DNA of 64,000 nt, from positions 25,445-89,444 of the forward strand of contig CAZHYV010000003.1 of NCBI GenBank assembly GCA_964537055.1, read 5' to 3'. Position 1 is the stretch's first letter. Every line of letters begins with the position of its first letter. This DNA is from an uncultured Myxococcales bacterium. Its GTDB lineage: Bacteria; Myxococcota_A; Polyangia; Palsa-1104; JAEUJZ01. The position numbers were made by a program, and so were the translations under genes. Below, piece by piece: positions 1 through 9,154 of this stretch. The notes beneath the pieces are model-generated. The model worked only from the letters and a program-made list of their open reading frames with translations, was not told the DNA's origin and made no database searches.

Positions 1-1037
1 TGGTTCACCTTGATGACCGGTCCGCCATTGAGTTTAGGATGGTGCCTCGGATCATGCTTCTCACTATAATTTGGATGCACCGCGTGTGCCATATCAGCAG
101 AAATGCAAAACGAGCGTGATAGTGCTTGGTAGAAGTCTTCTTTGGCCCCTCCCCAAGCCATAGTAATTCTTTCGAGAAGGGATGGTAATAGCGAGGTTCC
201 CGCCCCACAGGCGCTTTGGCTGCCCACTTCTTCATGATCAAAAAGCGCAATCACAGGAACCATCTCTTGAGTCTGTTTAAGCTTCGCCTGAATGATCGAA
301 CTGAGGGCTGCATGGCACATGGCGAGATTGTCTAACCTTGATGAAAAGATAAATTCTCCTCGTAACCCTGCTAGTGCTGGGGGTGTGACATCATAAAGCA
401 TAAGATCATGGGATAGAATATCCGTTGGGGCGACGTGAAGCTCGCTTGCACAGAAGTCAGCTACCGAGGAAAAGGGCGTTTTTTCGCTTTCAAGAAAGGA
501 ACTTAGGATGGGATTGAGATGCTCCTGCCGATTAAGAAGGAGTCCTCGGTCGTTTACTTCTCGATCTAAGTGAATGGCAAGCTGTGGGACCCGAAGGAGA
601 GCACGATTGATGCGAAGCAAGCGAGTTTGCATACCAACCTTCGTACGCACCAGCACCCGGCCTGCAATCGATAAATCTCGATCAAGCCAAGAGTTGAGCA
701 GTGCGCCTCCATAGGTTTCGACCCCCAGCTGCAGGTACCCTTCTTTGGTATAAAGGCCGTTGGGCTTGATTCGTAGGTTGGGACTGTCAGTATGCGCCCC
801 AATGATACGAAACCCTGGGATCTTTTTCCCCGAAGGAAGTATGAAAGAGAGAAGAGCGCTGTCTCCTCTTGTCAAATAGTAGCAACCGGGACGCAGCTTG
901 CTAAAGTCGTCCTCTTCCTTAAGATGGGTAAAGCCAGCCTGCTCTAGCATGGCGCTGGCGCTTTCTACCGCGTGGTACGGTGTGGGAGAATTTTGAAGAA
1001 AGGTGAGTAACTCCTGACAAAGAGAGCTTGCCTGCAT
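1..1037 (-). CDS. apeB: M18 family (aspartyl) aminopeptidase, 3' end runs off the window
   Basis: Not in ORF track (no stop in window). Manual minus-strand translation from ATG at 1037 gives SPTPYHAVE, GAHTDSPNLRIKP, LGVETYGG, DRDLSIAGRV, SRLDNLAMC, LFDHEEVGS and SADMAHAVHPNY, which are M18 signature motifs. Confidence 0.92.
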   Translation of the reverse strand, partial: MQASSLCQELLTFLQNSPTPYHAVESASAMLEQAGFTHLKEEDDFSKLRPGCYYLTRGDSALLSFILPSGKKIPGFRIIGAHTDSPNLRIKPNGLYTKEGYLQLGVETYGGALLNSWLDRDLSIAGRVLVRTKVGMQTRLLRINRALLRVPQLAIHLDREVNDRGLLLNRQEHLNPILSSFLESEKTPFSSVADFCASELHVAPTDILSHDLMLYDVTPPALAGLRGEFIFSSRLDNLAMCHAALSSIIQAKLKQTQEMVPVIALFDHEEVGSQSACGAGTSLLPSLLERITMAWGGAKEDFYQALSRSFCISADMAHAVHPNYSEKHDPRHHPKLNGGPVIKVN

Positions 1038-1146
1038 CGGGATCCTTTCGAAGGGAGGTATAAGTTAAAAACATCTAAAACATACGATCTGCTTGCTAGA
1101 GCCTCCCTACTATAAATCGAGAACCGAGAAAAGAAAACCAAAATGC

Positions 1147-1179
1147 TTGACAAATCCTTGTCTCATGAGATGGTAGCTT
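1147..1179 (+). promoter_or_regulatory. Possible sigma70-type promoter for the DUF2059 gene
   Basis: TTGACA at 1147-1152 and TG-n-TAGCTT at 1171-1179. Spacing is too long for a canonical -35/-10 pair. A perfect 10-bp palindrome TCTCATGAGA lies at 1161-1170. Confidence 0.3.
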
Positions 1180-1254
1180 GCGCCGGCAGGGGTCCTGTCG
1201 GTCTCTATATACATCCGAGTTGGATGAGGTTTTGATAGAAGGGAGAGGAATTCA

Positions 1255-1755
1255 ATGAAGCTTCGTACAAAATTATTTTCTGGGATTGTCAGCTGTGGGT
1301 TGGTCTTAGGATCTGCTCATAACGTTTTTGGGGCTACGGCATCTGTGATGGAGCCAGCCAGAGTGCTCCCTGCGCCATCAGGCTCGGAGGCTAAACTGCA
1401 AAAAATCAAAAGATTGGTGGATGTTTCCGCAGGCGGAGATGCAATGGCCATGATTCGCAATCAAATTATGCAGCAGCTCAAAAATTCGTTTCCAAAAGCT
1501 CCTCAAGATTATTGGACCAACTTTCAGAAACAGCTAAATCCAAACGAGCTGGTCGCTATGATTCTTCCCCTCTATGAACAAAACTTTTCCGAGGAAGAAA
1601 TCGATGCGATCACAAAGTTTCTTGAAAGCCCCGCTGGCAAAAAGTTTGTGAGTGCCATGCCAAAAATTAACCAAGCCCAAACCAACCTAGGGCGACAGTG
1701 GTACGAGAAACTTGCTAGAAAAGTTCAGGAAGACTTGTCCAAACCAAAGAAGTAG
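1255..1755 (+). CDS. DUF2059 domain-containing secreted protein
   Basis: Signal peptide, then the motif LYEQNFSEEEIDAITKFLESPAGKKFVSAMP typical of DUF2059. Purine-rich RBS (GGGAGAGG) upstream. Confidence 0.8.
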   Translation: MKLRTKLFSGIVSCGLVLGSAHNVFGATASVMEPARVLPAPSGSEAKLQKIKRLVDVSAGGDAMAMIRNQIMQQLKNSFPKAPQDYWTNFQKQLNPNELVAMILPLYEQNFSEEEIDAITKFLESPAGKKFVSAMPKINQAQTNLGRQWYEKLARKVQEDLSKPKK

Positions 1756-1943
1756 ACCTAAGATGAGTGGCTTTGGTGTTTTCTCACGACTCACCAGACG
1801 GCTGTATAAGGACGAGCATCCCACTCAAAGGTAAAACAACTGGGTTCTTGTTCGGAGATGTGTAAAATCGATTGAGCCAACGATTCTAAAGACATAAACC
1901 TTTGTTCCGGAAGCTGAGGATTCAAAGCCCGCGTGCGAGGGTT

Positions 1944-1985
1944 AAAGAAGCAGGAGACGGGATTCGAACCCGCGACGTCCACCTT
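1944..1985. repeat. att-like duplicate of the tRNA-Gly 3' half (42 bp)
   Basis: AAAGAAGCAGGAGACGGGATTCGAACCCGCGACGTCCACCTT matches 2798-2839 exactly and diverges at the anticodon. Confidence 0.9.
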
Positions 1986-2131
1986 CAAGAAGATAGCCGC
2001 CCTCAAGCCCTTAAGAGGATATCTTTTCTTGTTTAAGGAATCGACGGGAAAGTGCCCTGTCTATCAGGTGTTCCATTTACTAGGTAAATGACCCACGACT
2101 AGACCAAATGCTGTCGAAAGGAAAGACTTTA

Positions 2132-2503
2132 TCATGTTTTTTGGAGCGGTAACATTCGGATTCTAGTTTTATATAGATCTAGTACGATAAGAGCTCCCTC
2201 CGAAAGTGAGCTTTTGTGAGTATGAATTATTTTTATTATCAAATCTCCTAATACCGTTGGGCGTACCTCCTCAGACCGAAGTAACAGAACACTAGGTCCT
2301 TTGGCCTGAGTTAAAGCTAACAGCATCCCAAAATCGATATCATGCGTGAAAATAATCATCTGCTCTTTTATAGCCCAATCCATTAGCTCTTTGTCTGGTG
2401 CATTTGGAGGCCCTACGTGATTCCAATGAGCGGAGACAATTTGGTGCTGTGCAAACAGCTTACACCAATCGGGAGATAAATTCATATCAACAAGAATTTT
2501 CAT
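2132..2503 (-). CDS. DUF5615 family PIN-like protein (putative toxin)
   Basis: MKILVDMNLSP, D-x-E-L-x-x-W-A, IIFTHDIDFG and GPSVLLLR motifs. Overlaps the DUF433 gene by ATGA. Confidence 0.88.
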   Translation of the reverse strand: MKILVDMNLSPDWCKLFAQHQIVSAHWNHVGPPNAPDKELMDWAIKEQMIIFTHDIDFGMLLALTQAKGPSVLLLRSEEVRPTVLGDLIIKIIHTHKSSLSEGALIVLDLYKTRIRMLPLQKT

Positions 2504-2757
2504 GCAGCGGTAAGAGGAATATCTGTTTCCTGGGCACGCCAGGCAGCATAATGAAGACAGGCTGAAATATCTTCAGGCTCTAAATAAGGGTAAAGGTCTA
2601 AAATCTCTTCTCGTGTTACTCCGTGGGCCAACAGCCCAAGAATCATACCTACAGTCACACGCATGCCTCGAATACAAGGCTTTCCACCCATCAATTTAGG
2701 ATCAAAGGTAATGCGGAACAAGGGATTCAAGGTCTTTTCTCCTTGGAATTTTAACAT
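2500..2757 (-). CDS. DUF433 domain protein (putative antitoxin)
   Basis: RITFDPKLMGGKPCIRGMRVTVGMILGLLAHG...EILDLYPYLEPEDISACLHYAA is the canonical DUF433 pattern. Confidence 0.92.
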   Translation of the reverse strand: MLKFQGEKTLNPLFRITFDPKLMGGKPCIRGMRVTVGMILGLLAHGVTREEILDLYPYLEPEDISACLHYAAWRAQETDIPLTAA

Positions 2758-2802
2758 TTTTGCTTGAACAAGCTAGAGAAACGAATTTTGCTTTATAAAA
2801 GA

Positions 2803-2874
2803 AGCAGGAGACGGGATTCGAACCCGCGACGTCCACCTTGGCAAGGTGGCACTCTACCACTGAGTTACTCCTGC
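2803..2874 (-). tRNA. tRNA-Gly(GCC)
   Basis: Reverse complement folds as a cloverleaf: GCAGGAG/CTCCTGC acceptor stem, CCACC-TTGCCAA-GGTGG anticodon arm, GGTTCGAATCC T-loop, U discriminator. CCA is not encoded. Confidence 0.97.
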
Positions 2875-2886
2875 AAAACTGATGCT

Positions 2887-2915
2887 ACATTACCTATCGT
2901 TACCGCCGCTGTCAA
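2887..2915 (-). promoter_or_regulatory. sigma70-type promoter of tRNA-Gly
   Basis: On the minus strand: TTGACA (2915-2910), 17-bp spacer, TAATGT (2892-2887), 12 bp before the tRNA 5' end. Confidence 0.7.
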
Positions 2916-3098
2916 AGTTTTTTCTTCCTGACCGCTAAAAAAGTAAAAATTTCGAATTTTTGTTGCGTCCCCACCAAAGTCCCCACGTTTCTTTCCAGTC
3001 TGGTAGCATTTGTCTGCTTTTTTCTCCCGGGAGCCTTCTGCCGTTAAAAAATCTTTCCGCCAAATAAATTATGAACAAACTCCATAAGTGGATACACC

Positions 3099-3560
3099 TC
3101 AAACCCTTGTCATGAATTCAATCACTCTTTCCAGCGATTTGCTCAAATCAATGGCTTCTTGAAGAGAGAAAAGTAAGACTAATTTTTGGCTAGGGCTTGA
3201 GAGTAAGCCACTCTCAAATTGAAGCTCAATTTGGAATGCTTCGGCCATTCCTGGGACGACAGAAACACGAAGCCAATCCCGCTGCTGAGATCCATTCATT
3301 GTGACAAGAGCCCCTACCACTTTCATCTTAGCCAAAGCAAATGCTTGATGAAGCAGGGCAAGGAGGGCTGGAACTTCCTGTGGAAAGAAATAGAAGGTGT
3401 CACTTTGATAAAAAGATGCCGCCTGAAAAGGAGGAGTTACTTCGAAAAGCATCATCTGGATTTGCTCAGGACCCGTGCGTTCTACGCGGAGGGCGAGGTT
3501 ACAAATTTCCTCAGCAGAGGTTTTGCACTGCATTGTGGCAAATATATCTTCTTGATTCAT
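3099..3560 (-). CDS. Hypothetical protein (153 aa)
   Basis: ORF with a strong RBS (AAGGAGGT) just upstream of the ATG. No recognisable family. Confidence 0.6.
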   Translation of the reverse strand: MNQEDIFATMQCKTSAEEICNLALRVERTGPEQIQMMLFEVTPPFQAASFYQSDTFYFFPQEVPALLALLHQAFALAKMKVVGALVTMNGSQQRDWLRVSVVPGMAEAFQIELQFESGLLSSPSQKLVLLFSLQEAIDLSKSLERVIEFMTRV

Positions 3561-4123
3561 ACTTACCTCCTTGAATCACAGCTCTTCTATCAATAAATTC
3601 AATCCCGGCCTGTTGCTAGTATTTCTTGGTTCCAATCTTGACGACTCTAGGGACATTGAGGTGGTTCTTATACCGAGCGCTAAAGGAAAACCTACAGAGA
3701 TGCCAGAAGTATCCTATTTAACTTCTCGCACCTTTAACATTCTTATGGGACGAGCCGGCAATGGTTTACGTATTACCTTGACGAAGGACCAAATTACTTA
3801 TCTTCGATCACAAGATCCTACCTTCGGTAAGCTCCATAACCTAATACCCCCACGCAGTACCCAATCAAGCAATTTCAGATTCCCCATTTCCTTTGAAAAA
3901 GAGAATGCTGTTTGGTGAATCAAGAAACGGTTTTTCGGATCTGAAAACCCCAATCTTGCATTAATGAAATGAGAAAAGCCCACAAATGTGTTTGTTCTAA
4001 TATGCTTTGGACTTGGTTCGTTGGTAGAAACCGGCGCATTTCTTGTTTATATTCAGCCTCTAGTTTGGGTTGTTCCATAAGCAATCGCACGCGAAGGAGG
4101 GCGCAATTTTAAATAGGGAAGCG

Positions 4124-5383
4124 CTACCCTTCATCAACTTCAAAAAGACCCTCTTGTTCTACGGCTCGGATGATTGCCTCATCCTGATCAAGCTGACTGC
4201 TGCTTTGTCCAATCAGCACGACGGAACCAGGGCTTGTGAGCAGGTCACGGGTTGGCAAGATAGGGTCTCCTGCAGTTATTTTAGGAGCAAACCTTCGAAA
4301 AGAAGGAAGACTTTGGATAAGGTCCAGGTTTCTAAACCGACGCAAGCGTCCGGCTTGCCTTGAAATCAGAAATACCTCTCGTGCTTGAGAACGAAGGTTT
4401 GGGATCTGTGGCTGATGCTGAAAGCGAGGGTCCGCTATCGCCGCATCGACCAACATTTCGATTTGGCCCACCCCGCTTACTTCGGCACCCATCAAAGCGC
4501 CCTGTCCTCCATGCGTTCGAAATCCGGCCTCAACAAGGCATGCATCAATTAGTTCCATATGGATGGCGGTGATAAATGGAAAGTTTTTGCCGACGAGTGC
4601 TTGAGATGCAGTCAAAGCAAACTCGGTGGCTTTTCGGGCGTTTGGATCATCAAAAGAGACAGTACTCATCGAATGGTATACAAAGGGTGCACCATTGGCC
4701 GGGTTCTTTTCGTATCTAAAGATGGCTGCGACACGGATTTCGTGGCCGGCAACGACCAAATCTACTACATATTCCCCTCCCTTGAGTCGTTCTTGCAGCA
4801 GAACGAATGTATTGGTCCGTTTAAGCTGGTTGGTCTGTCCTAAGATTTGGTGAAACGCACGGACAAGAGATTCTTCAAATGGCTCTTTACAGAGGAGTAC
4901 ACTATCCGAACCCGTACTCGCCGAAGGCTTCGCAATGACCTCGGAAAGACCTTGTTCTCGGGCCCATGTGATGGCGTCTCTATCATCAACAAAGCGCTCC
5001 TGTTTTGTGGCACGCAATCCAGATTTTCTTAAGTGCTCGGTCTGCGACCATTTGTCATAAAAGATTTCTGGATTCGGCAAGGAAGACGAAAGTAGCCTTT
5101 GCCTGAGCTGCCATGCCAAGGGGACCCCGATTTCAGAGCCCGGCAAAACATCGGTTACCCCATGCGCACGAAGCGTATGGACAAGGTTCTCTAGCTGATC
5201 TGCGTTGTTTGCTGAGGCTGAGAAGTGCGCTTCGTAATCCTTCTCGACGTATGTGCGGGCTAACCTCGTAGGAACATCTTCAGGAGCAATATGGACGCAG
5301 GCAATGCCACGATTACGAAATGCTGGTGCAAGCATCCTGCCAGAAGAGTACCCTGCCACAATTCCTATTTTTTGAGTATTCAT
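4124..5383 (-). CDS. ATP-grasp domain amino-acid ligase-like protein
   Basis: YSSG N-terminal motif, DKW, IAKPSASTGSDSV, LLQERLKGGEYVVD, HxE...E...R. Start placed at 5383 (MNTQK), which overlaps the upstream TGA as ATGA. Confidence 0.85.
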   Translation of the reverse strand: MNTQKIGIVAGYSSGRMLAPAFRNRGIACVHIAPEDVPTRLARTYVEKDYEAHFSASANNADQLENLVHTLRAHGVTDVLPGSEIGVPLAWQLRQRLLSSSLPNPEIFYDKWSQTEHLRKSGLRATKQERFVDDRDAITWAREQGLSEVIAKPSASTGSDSVLLCKEPFEESLVRAFHQILGQTNQLKRTNTFVLLQERLKGGEYVVDLVVAGHEIRVAAIFRYEKNPANGAPFVYHSMSTVSFDDPNARKATEFALTASQALVGKNFPFITAIHMELIDACLVEAGFRTHGGQGALMGAEVSGVGQIEMLVDAAIADPRFQHQPQIPNLRSQAREVFLISRQAGRLRRFRNLDLIQSLPSFRRFAPKITAGDPILPTRDLLTSPGSVVLIGQSSSQLDQDEAIIRAVEQEGLFEVDEG

Positions 5384-6339
5384 TTGATGTCCCCTTTGAT
5401 CCAAAAGTGTTTTGCGAAAAATACGAAATTGGTTCCTACGGTCGCTAATACGATCGCAATTGTGGAACCTACAGAAAAGACAAGCCGGTCATCAAGCAGT
5501 TGCAGAAGCAACATGGTAAGAGGCATAAGCGAGATGATGAGCGCTGCTGAAAGTTCGTCGGTCAGGACTTGTCCTTTTTGTAGGAAATAGACGGGAAGGG
5601 TGACCCCAAAAAGTCCAACGAGCCCAAGGGTCGATGCATGAGCAAAAAGGAGGGAGGCTGCTGCTCTCCCAGTGAATCCTAGGTAGGGAAACCGAATCAC
5701 AAAGGCTGCTACAAGGAGACCCAGCAGTCGGATGCTCATAAAATCACTCGCGCTTAGCCCAACCTTTTGCAACCGATAGTTTGTTTTCCGATTCATTGCC
5801 AAAGAAAACGCACACAAGGCAGATAGACCCATGCCTAAGAGTGAGCGTCCCGTGGGAATAGGACCTAGCGCCGACTTTCCCAGCAAGACGATGGTTATTT
5901 GTAATAGCACACTCCCTGCAATCAAGAGCAGACCTGCCAAGTAAAAAGAACGGACACCTCTTCGAAAAAAGGGGCCTTTTCTAGAAGAGAATCCTGCAAG
6001 CCCGGAAAGAAGAAAGGTGAGCAGGGGCTGGGAGGCATTCGCAATCACTGCATGCGCCCCGGGCTCTAGGTACTTGATGGCGGCATAAAAAGTAAACCAG
6101 GAAAGAGCTGTCCATAGATTTAACAGCAGTACATCCCGTCGGTGAAATGAGACAATTTGAACTAAGGAATGGAGTCGTCGCTGGGCAATGCTAAGTGCAA
6201 AAAAAATAAGCCATGCCACCAAAAAGGTGTAAAAAAGTACAACAATGGGGTCGAGCGATTGGAAGAGGTGGCTTAAATAGACCGCTTTTGAGGAAGATAA
6301 AAGTACATACAAAAAAACGAAAAGTTGTCCCATGTTCAT
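5380..6339 (-). CDS. EamA/DMT family transporter
   Basis: About 10 hydrophobic segments in two repeats, 319 aa, with a DMT-like pattern. ATGA-coupled to both neighbours. Confidence 0.75.
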   Translation of the reverse strand: MNMGQLFVFLYVLLSSSKAVYLSHLFQSLDPIVVLFYTFLVAWLIFFALSIAQRRLHSLVQIVSFHRRDVLLLNLWTALSWFTFYAAIKYLEPGAHAVIANASQPLLTFLLSGLAGFSSRKGPFFRRGVRSFYLAGLLLIAGSVLLQITIVLLGKSALGPIPTGRSLLGMGLSALCAFSLAMNRKTNYRLQKVGLSASDFMSIRLLGLLVAAFVIRFPYLGFTGRAAASLLFAHASTLGLVGLFGVTLPVYFLQKGQVLTDELSAALIISLMPLTMLLLQLLDDRLVFSVGSTIAIVLATVGTNFVFFAKHFWIKGDIK

Positions 6340-7508
6340 CTCTCTTTCTGGATCTCGATCAGCTTGATGCGTAGTTTTCCCTGAAAGCTAGAAAGAGGGG
6401 CTTCGGTCAACTTGGGAAGATCGAGCATTTGCGCTATCGATTGGGTTGGCAACACGGTAGAGGGACGGACGAAATCAAAAACTTGAAGCAACTTAAAAGC
6501 TTCTACCTCCTGGATATGAGGATAGAGGTGAGGATGCTTCAGGTGACGAATCATGTGATCGACCGTTTTTTGGTATTGCCGTGAGCCGGTTGGGATCTTC
6601 CCATCCTCCTCCAAAGAAATGTCCCCATAGTGAAAAGAATCGAATTGAAGATTCAAAAGTCCAAATGCTCGATCACGTTGTAATGCATCTAGATAGGTCT
6701 CCTCGCTGGGAGAACCTTGACTTTGCAGTAAACCTGAATAAATGAACCTACGGACGAGTAAATCCTGGATGGATTGTTTTTTTAATAAGAGCTCTTGTAA
6801 CCGGCCTTGATGTTCTAAGCTGCCATAGCGGGCCAAGAAATAGCTGGAAAATTGCCCAGTGATATCCAAGGGCTCTCCGCGTCCCAAGGATTTGAGAGAA
6901 ATCTTGTAAAGATGATGAAGGGCGATTTCCCGAAGTTCTTGCATGATCGTTCGATCTTTACTTCCCTTCGGCAAGAATGCCATCGGTGAAAGGAATAAAC
7001 CCAAGAGGTGATTGATTGGGTGACGCAACATTCGTCCTGCCTCTTTGGGAAGCAAGGGGGAAGAGAAAGAGGATTCAATAGCATTTTCGAACAGGTGGAG
7101 AGTAAACCGAGCATCCACCAGAGCATGCAAATAAGTTGAGGCCAAAGAAACATGGGTATGTTCTGTTTGGGATAGGCAGGTTTTTAGAGTTTTGTTGATC
7201 ATCGCAAAGAAATCTAACGAGACTCCTAAGACCTTTTGCAGTCGAAGGCAGGACTTGTGGACAGTTTTTTGTAAATTTTCAATGTTCTTTAGAAGGCAAA
7301 CATAGTTTTCCTCATCAGGGGTGAGATATTTCGAAATGCATAGAAGATGCTCTAGGGGAATCGTCTCTGTTCCTGAAATCCAGCGCGCGAATTGGGGTGC
7401 CGTACCACCAATAAGCCGAGCAATCCTACTTCCCGGAATGTTCTGCTTCCGCACTATATGACACAGCCACTGGTTTGGGCTGGGAATGCCTAGCTTGGGT
7501 TTGTCCAT
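6336..7508 (-). CDS. N-terminal XRE-like HTH protein with an unknown helical C-terminal region
   Basis: N-terminal IPGSRIARLIGGTAPQFARWISGTETIPLEHLLCISKYL fits an XRE/Cro HTH. Likely start is ATG 7508 (MDKPK); the ORF track uses TTG 7544. Confidence 0.6.
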   Translation of the reverse strand: MDKPKLGIPSPNQWLCHIVRKQNIPGSRIARLIGGTAPQFARWISGTETIPLEHLLCISKYLTPDEENYVCLLKNIENLQKTVHKSCLRLQKVLGVSLDFFAMINKTLKTCLSQTEHTHVSLASTYLHALVDARFTLHLFENAIESSFSSPLLPKEAGRMLRHPINHLLGLFLSPMAFLPKGSKDRTIMQELREIALHHLYKISLKSLGRGEPLDITGQFSSYFLARYGSLEHQGRLQELLLKKQSIQDLLVRRFIYSGLLQSQGSPSEETYLDALQRDRAFGLLNLQFDSFHYGDISLEEDGKIPTGSRQYQKTVDHMIRHLKHPHLYPHIQEVEAFKLLQVFDFVRPSTVLPTQSIAQMLDLPKLTEAPLSSFQGKLRIKLIEIQKER

Positions 7509-7544
7509 AAGCGGTAAGCATAGTAGAGAGTTGCAAGCAGTCAA

Positions 7545-7560
7545 TTGAGAGGGTTCTCAA
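7545..7560. promoter_or_regulatory. Palindromic operator candidate TTGAGA-N4-TCTCAA
   Basis: Perfect 6+6 inverted repeat 37-52 bp upstream of the likely start of the HTH gene. Confidence 0.35.
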
Positions 7561-7705
7561 GAGGTAAAATTTCAGAGAGCCAGCTTGAGGAACAAGGATA
7601 TGGGTCATTTTGTCCTATTTCTGAGAACGATCCTGCACCTTCAGAGAATAATCGGAGACTTTTTGTGATTCTTCAACAATAATCTTATTTAAGGAGTTTC
7701 TTCAG

Positions 7706-8230
7706 ATGATGGTGATCTTTTCTTGGAAGCGAAAATTGTACCAGAGAGCTACTACACTCGTATCCTTGCTTATCTGCTTTCTCACTTCAGCTCTATCGAT
7801 AGCGTATGCACAAGATTCCAGGCCGCCGCGCGATACGGTGATTGTGATGCAGGCAGGTGCATGTGAACGACGTTGTCCAGTATTCAAACTTATCATTTTT
7901 GGGGATGGCACTGTACTCTTTCAGGGAGAAGCTTTTTTGAAGACCCGAGGGATCAAGAAAACATCGATCCCGCTTGAAAGAGTAAAGCAGCTTGTTGATG
8001 CTTTCCAAGCGGTAGATTATTTCCAGCTGACGGATGACTACGGATACAAAGGCCCGCTTTGTAGACCTTTTCAAGAGGGGGATGGACCTGTCGCTATGAT
8101 CTCGTTTGTGAGTGGTGGAAAAGGAAAGTCTATCAACCATCATCATGACTGCCAGGGAAGTGTGCCCGAGCAATTACGCAAGTTGGAAGATGAGATTGTG
8201 AAGATAGCAAACGCAAAGAAATGGCTTTAA
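7706..8230 (+). CDS. DUF6438 domain-containing secreted protein
   Basis: Signal peptide, then C-x3-C-PVFKLIIFGDGTVLFQG resembling DUF6438. AAGGAG RBS upstream. Confidence 0.7.
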   Translation: MMVIFSWKRKLYQRATTLVSLLICFLTSALSIAYAQDSRPPRDTVIVMQAGACERRCPVFKLIIFGDGTVLFQGEAFLKTRGIKKTSIPLERVKQLVDAFQAVDYFQLTDDYGYKGPLCRPFQEGDGPVAMISFVSGGKGKSINHHHDCQGSVPEQLRKLEDEIVKIANAKKWL

Positions 8231-8344
8231 CACGATTGTTTTTCTGTCGTAAGAACTTACTTATTGGAGTTAGCCTGGTTCAAAGAGGGAAGGGGGCCTC
8301 TCTGGCCACTGAGGATACCGTTGGGAGTTGCCTGAGAATCCCTC

Positions 8345-9154
8345 TTACCCATTGATAATCTCACCACCATTTGGGTGCAAGACTTGCCCTGTAATATACG
8401 ACGCCTCTTCGCTAGCCAAAAACACATAGCATGAAGCAACTTCATAGGGCTGCCCTGGGCGTTTGAGGGGCACATCTGAGCCAAACGTCGCCACCTCCTC
8501 TGCAGGAAACGTAGCGGGAATCAGAGGCGTCCAGATTGGGCCTGGGGCGACTGCATTTACACGGATTCCTCGCTCGGCCAGGGCTTGAGAGAGAGAACGG
8601 GTGAAAGAAACAATGGCTCCTTTGGTTGCTGAGTAATCAATCAAATGGGCGCTTCCTCGGTATGCAGTGACAGAGGTTGTATTTAGGATAACTCCTCCCT
8701 TAGGCATATGCCGTAAAGCTGCCTGGGTTAGGTGGAACATCGAGAATACATTGGTACGGAAGGTCTGTAGCAGTTGCTCTGCACTGATGTCTTCAAGCTT
8801 CTCTTTGACATGCTGCTCTGCCGCATTATTCACCAAAATGTCTAACCTCCCGAATTCGTCAATCGTTGCTTTTACCCATTTTTGACAAACCTTTGCATCT
8901 CCAACATCCCCTGCAAGTAGCAGGCAACGCTGTCCTGCATCTTCCACCCCTTGTTTGGTTTGGTGAGCATCCTTATGCTCATCTAGGTATCCGATCGCAA
9001 CGTCGGCTCCTTCTTTCGCAAAAGCGATAGCGATAGCGCGTCCGATGCCGCTGTCACCCCCAGTAATCAGAGCGACCTTTCCTTTGAGCTTCTTAGAACC
9101 CTTGTATCCCGAAGGAGGTTCACTTTCAGGTTGAGGTTCCATTTTGGTTTGCAA
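8345..9154 (-). CDS. SDR family oxidoreductase (YhdF/YdaD-like); true start uncertain
   Basis: KLKGKVALITGGDSGIGRA, LVNNAA, YSATKGA and NAVAPGPIWTP motifs. Family-like sequence extends upstream of the called TTG start (see findings). Confidence 0.92.
   Translation of the reverse strand: MQTKMEPQPESEPPSGYKGSKKLKGKVALITGGDSGIGRAIAIAFAKEGADVAIGYLDEHKDAHQTKQGVEDAGQRCLLLAGDVGDAKVCQKWVKATIDEFGRLDILVNNAAEQHVKEKLEDISAEQLLQTFRTNVFSMFHLTQAALRHMPKGGVILNTTSVTAYRGSAHLIDYSATKGAIVSFTRSLSQALAERGIRVNAVAPGPIWTPLIPATFPAEEVATFGSDVPLKRPGQPYEVASCYVFLASEEASYITGQVLHPNGGEIING

Larger units (their letters stand above)
1944..2839 (-). mobile_element. Minimal tRNA-Gly-anchored island remnant bounded by 42-bp direct repeats
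   Basis: Identical 42-bp repeats at 1944-1985 and 2798-2839; the second is the tRNA-Gly 3' half plus trailer. Only a toxin-antitoxin pair lies between them, with no integrase. Confidence 0.7.

Noticed and set aside
5-802. ORFs 5..250 and 566..802 (-) as independent genes
   Set aside because: They are out-of-frame shadows of the M18 aminopeptidase reading frame running from 1037 off the window.
1791-2006. 71-aa ORF (-)
   Set aside because: It spans the tRNA-derived att repeat (the GSNP peptide is a tRNA T-loop translation artefact) and has no family motif.
3571-3918. 115-aa ORF (+)
   Set aside because: TTG start overlapping the RBS of the divergent 3099-3560 gene leaves no room for promoters, and no motifs were recognised.
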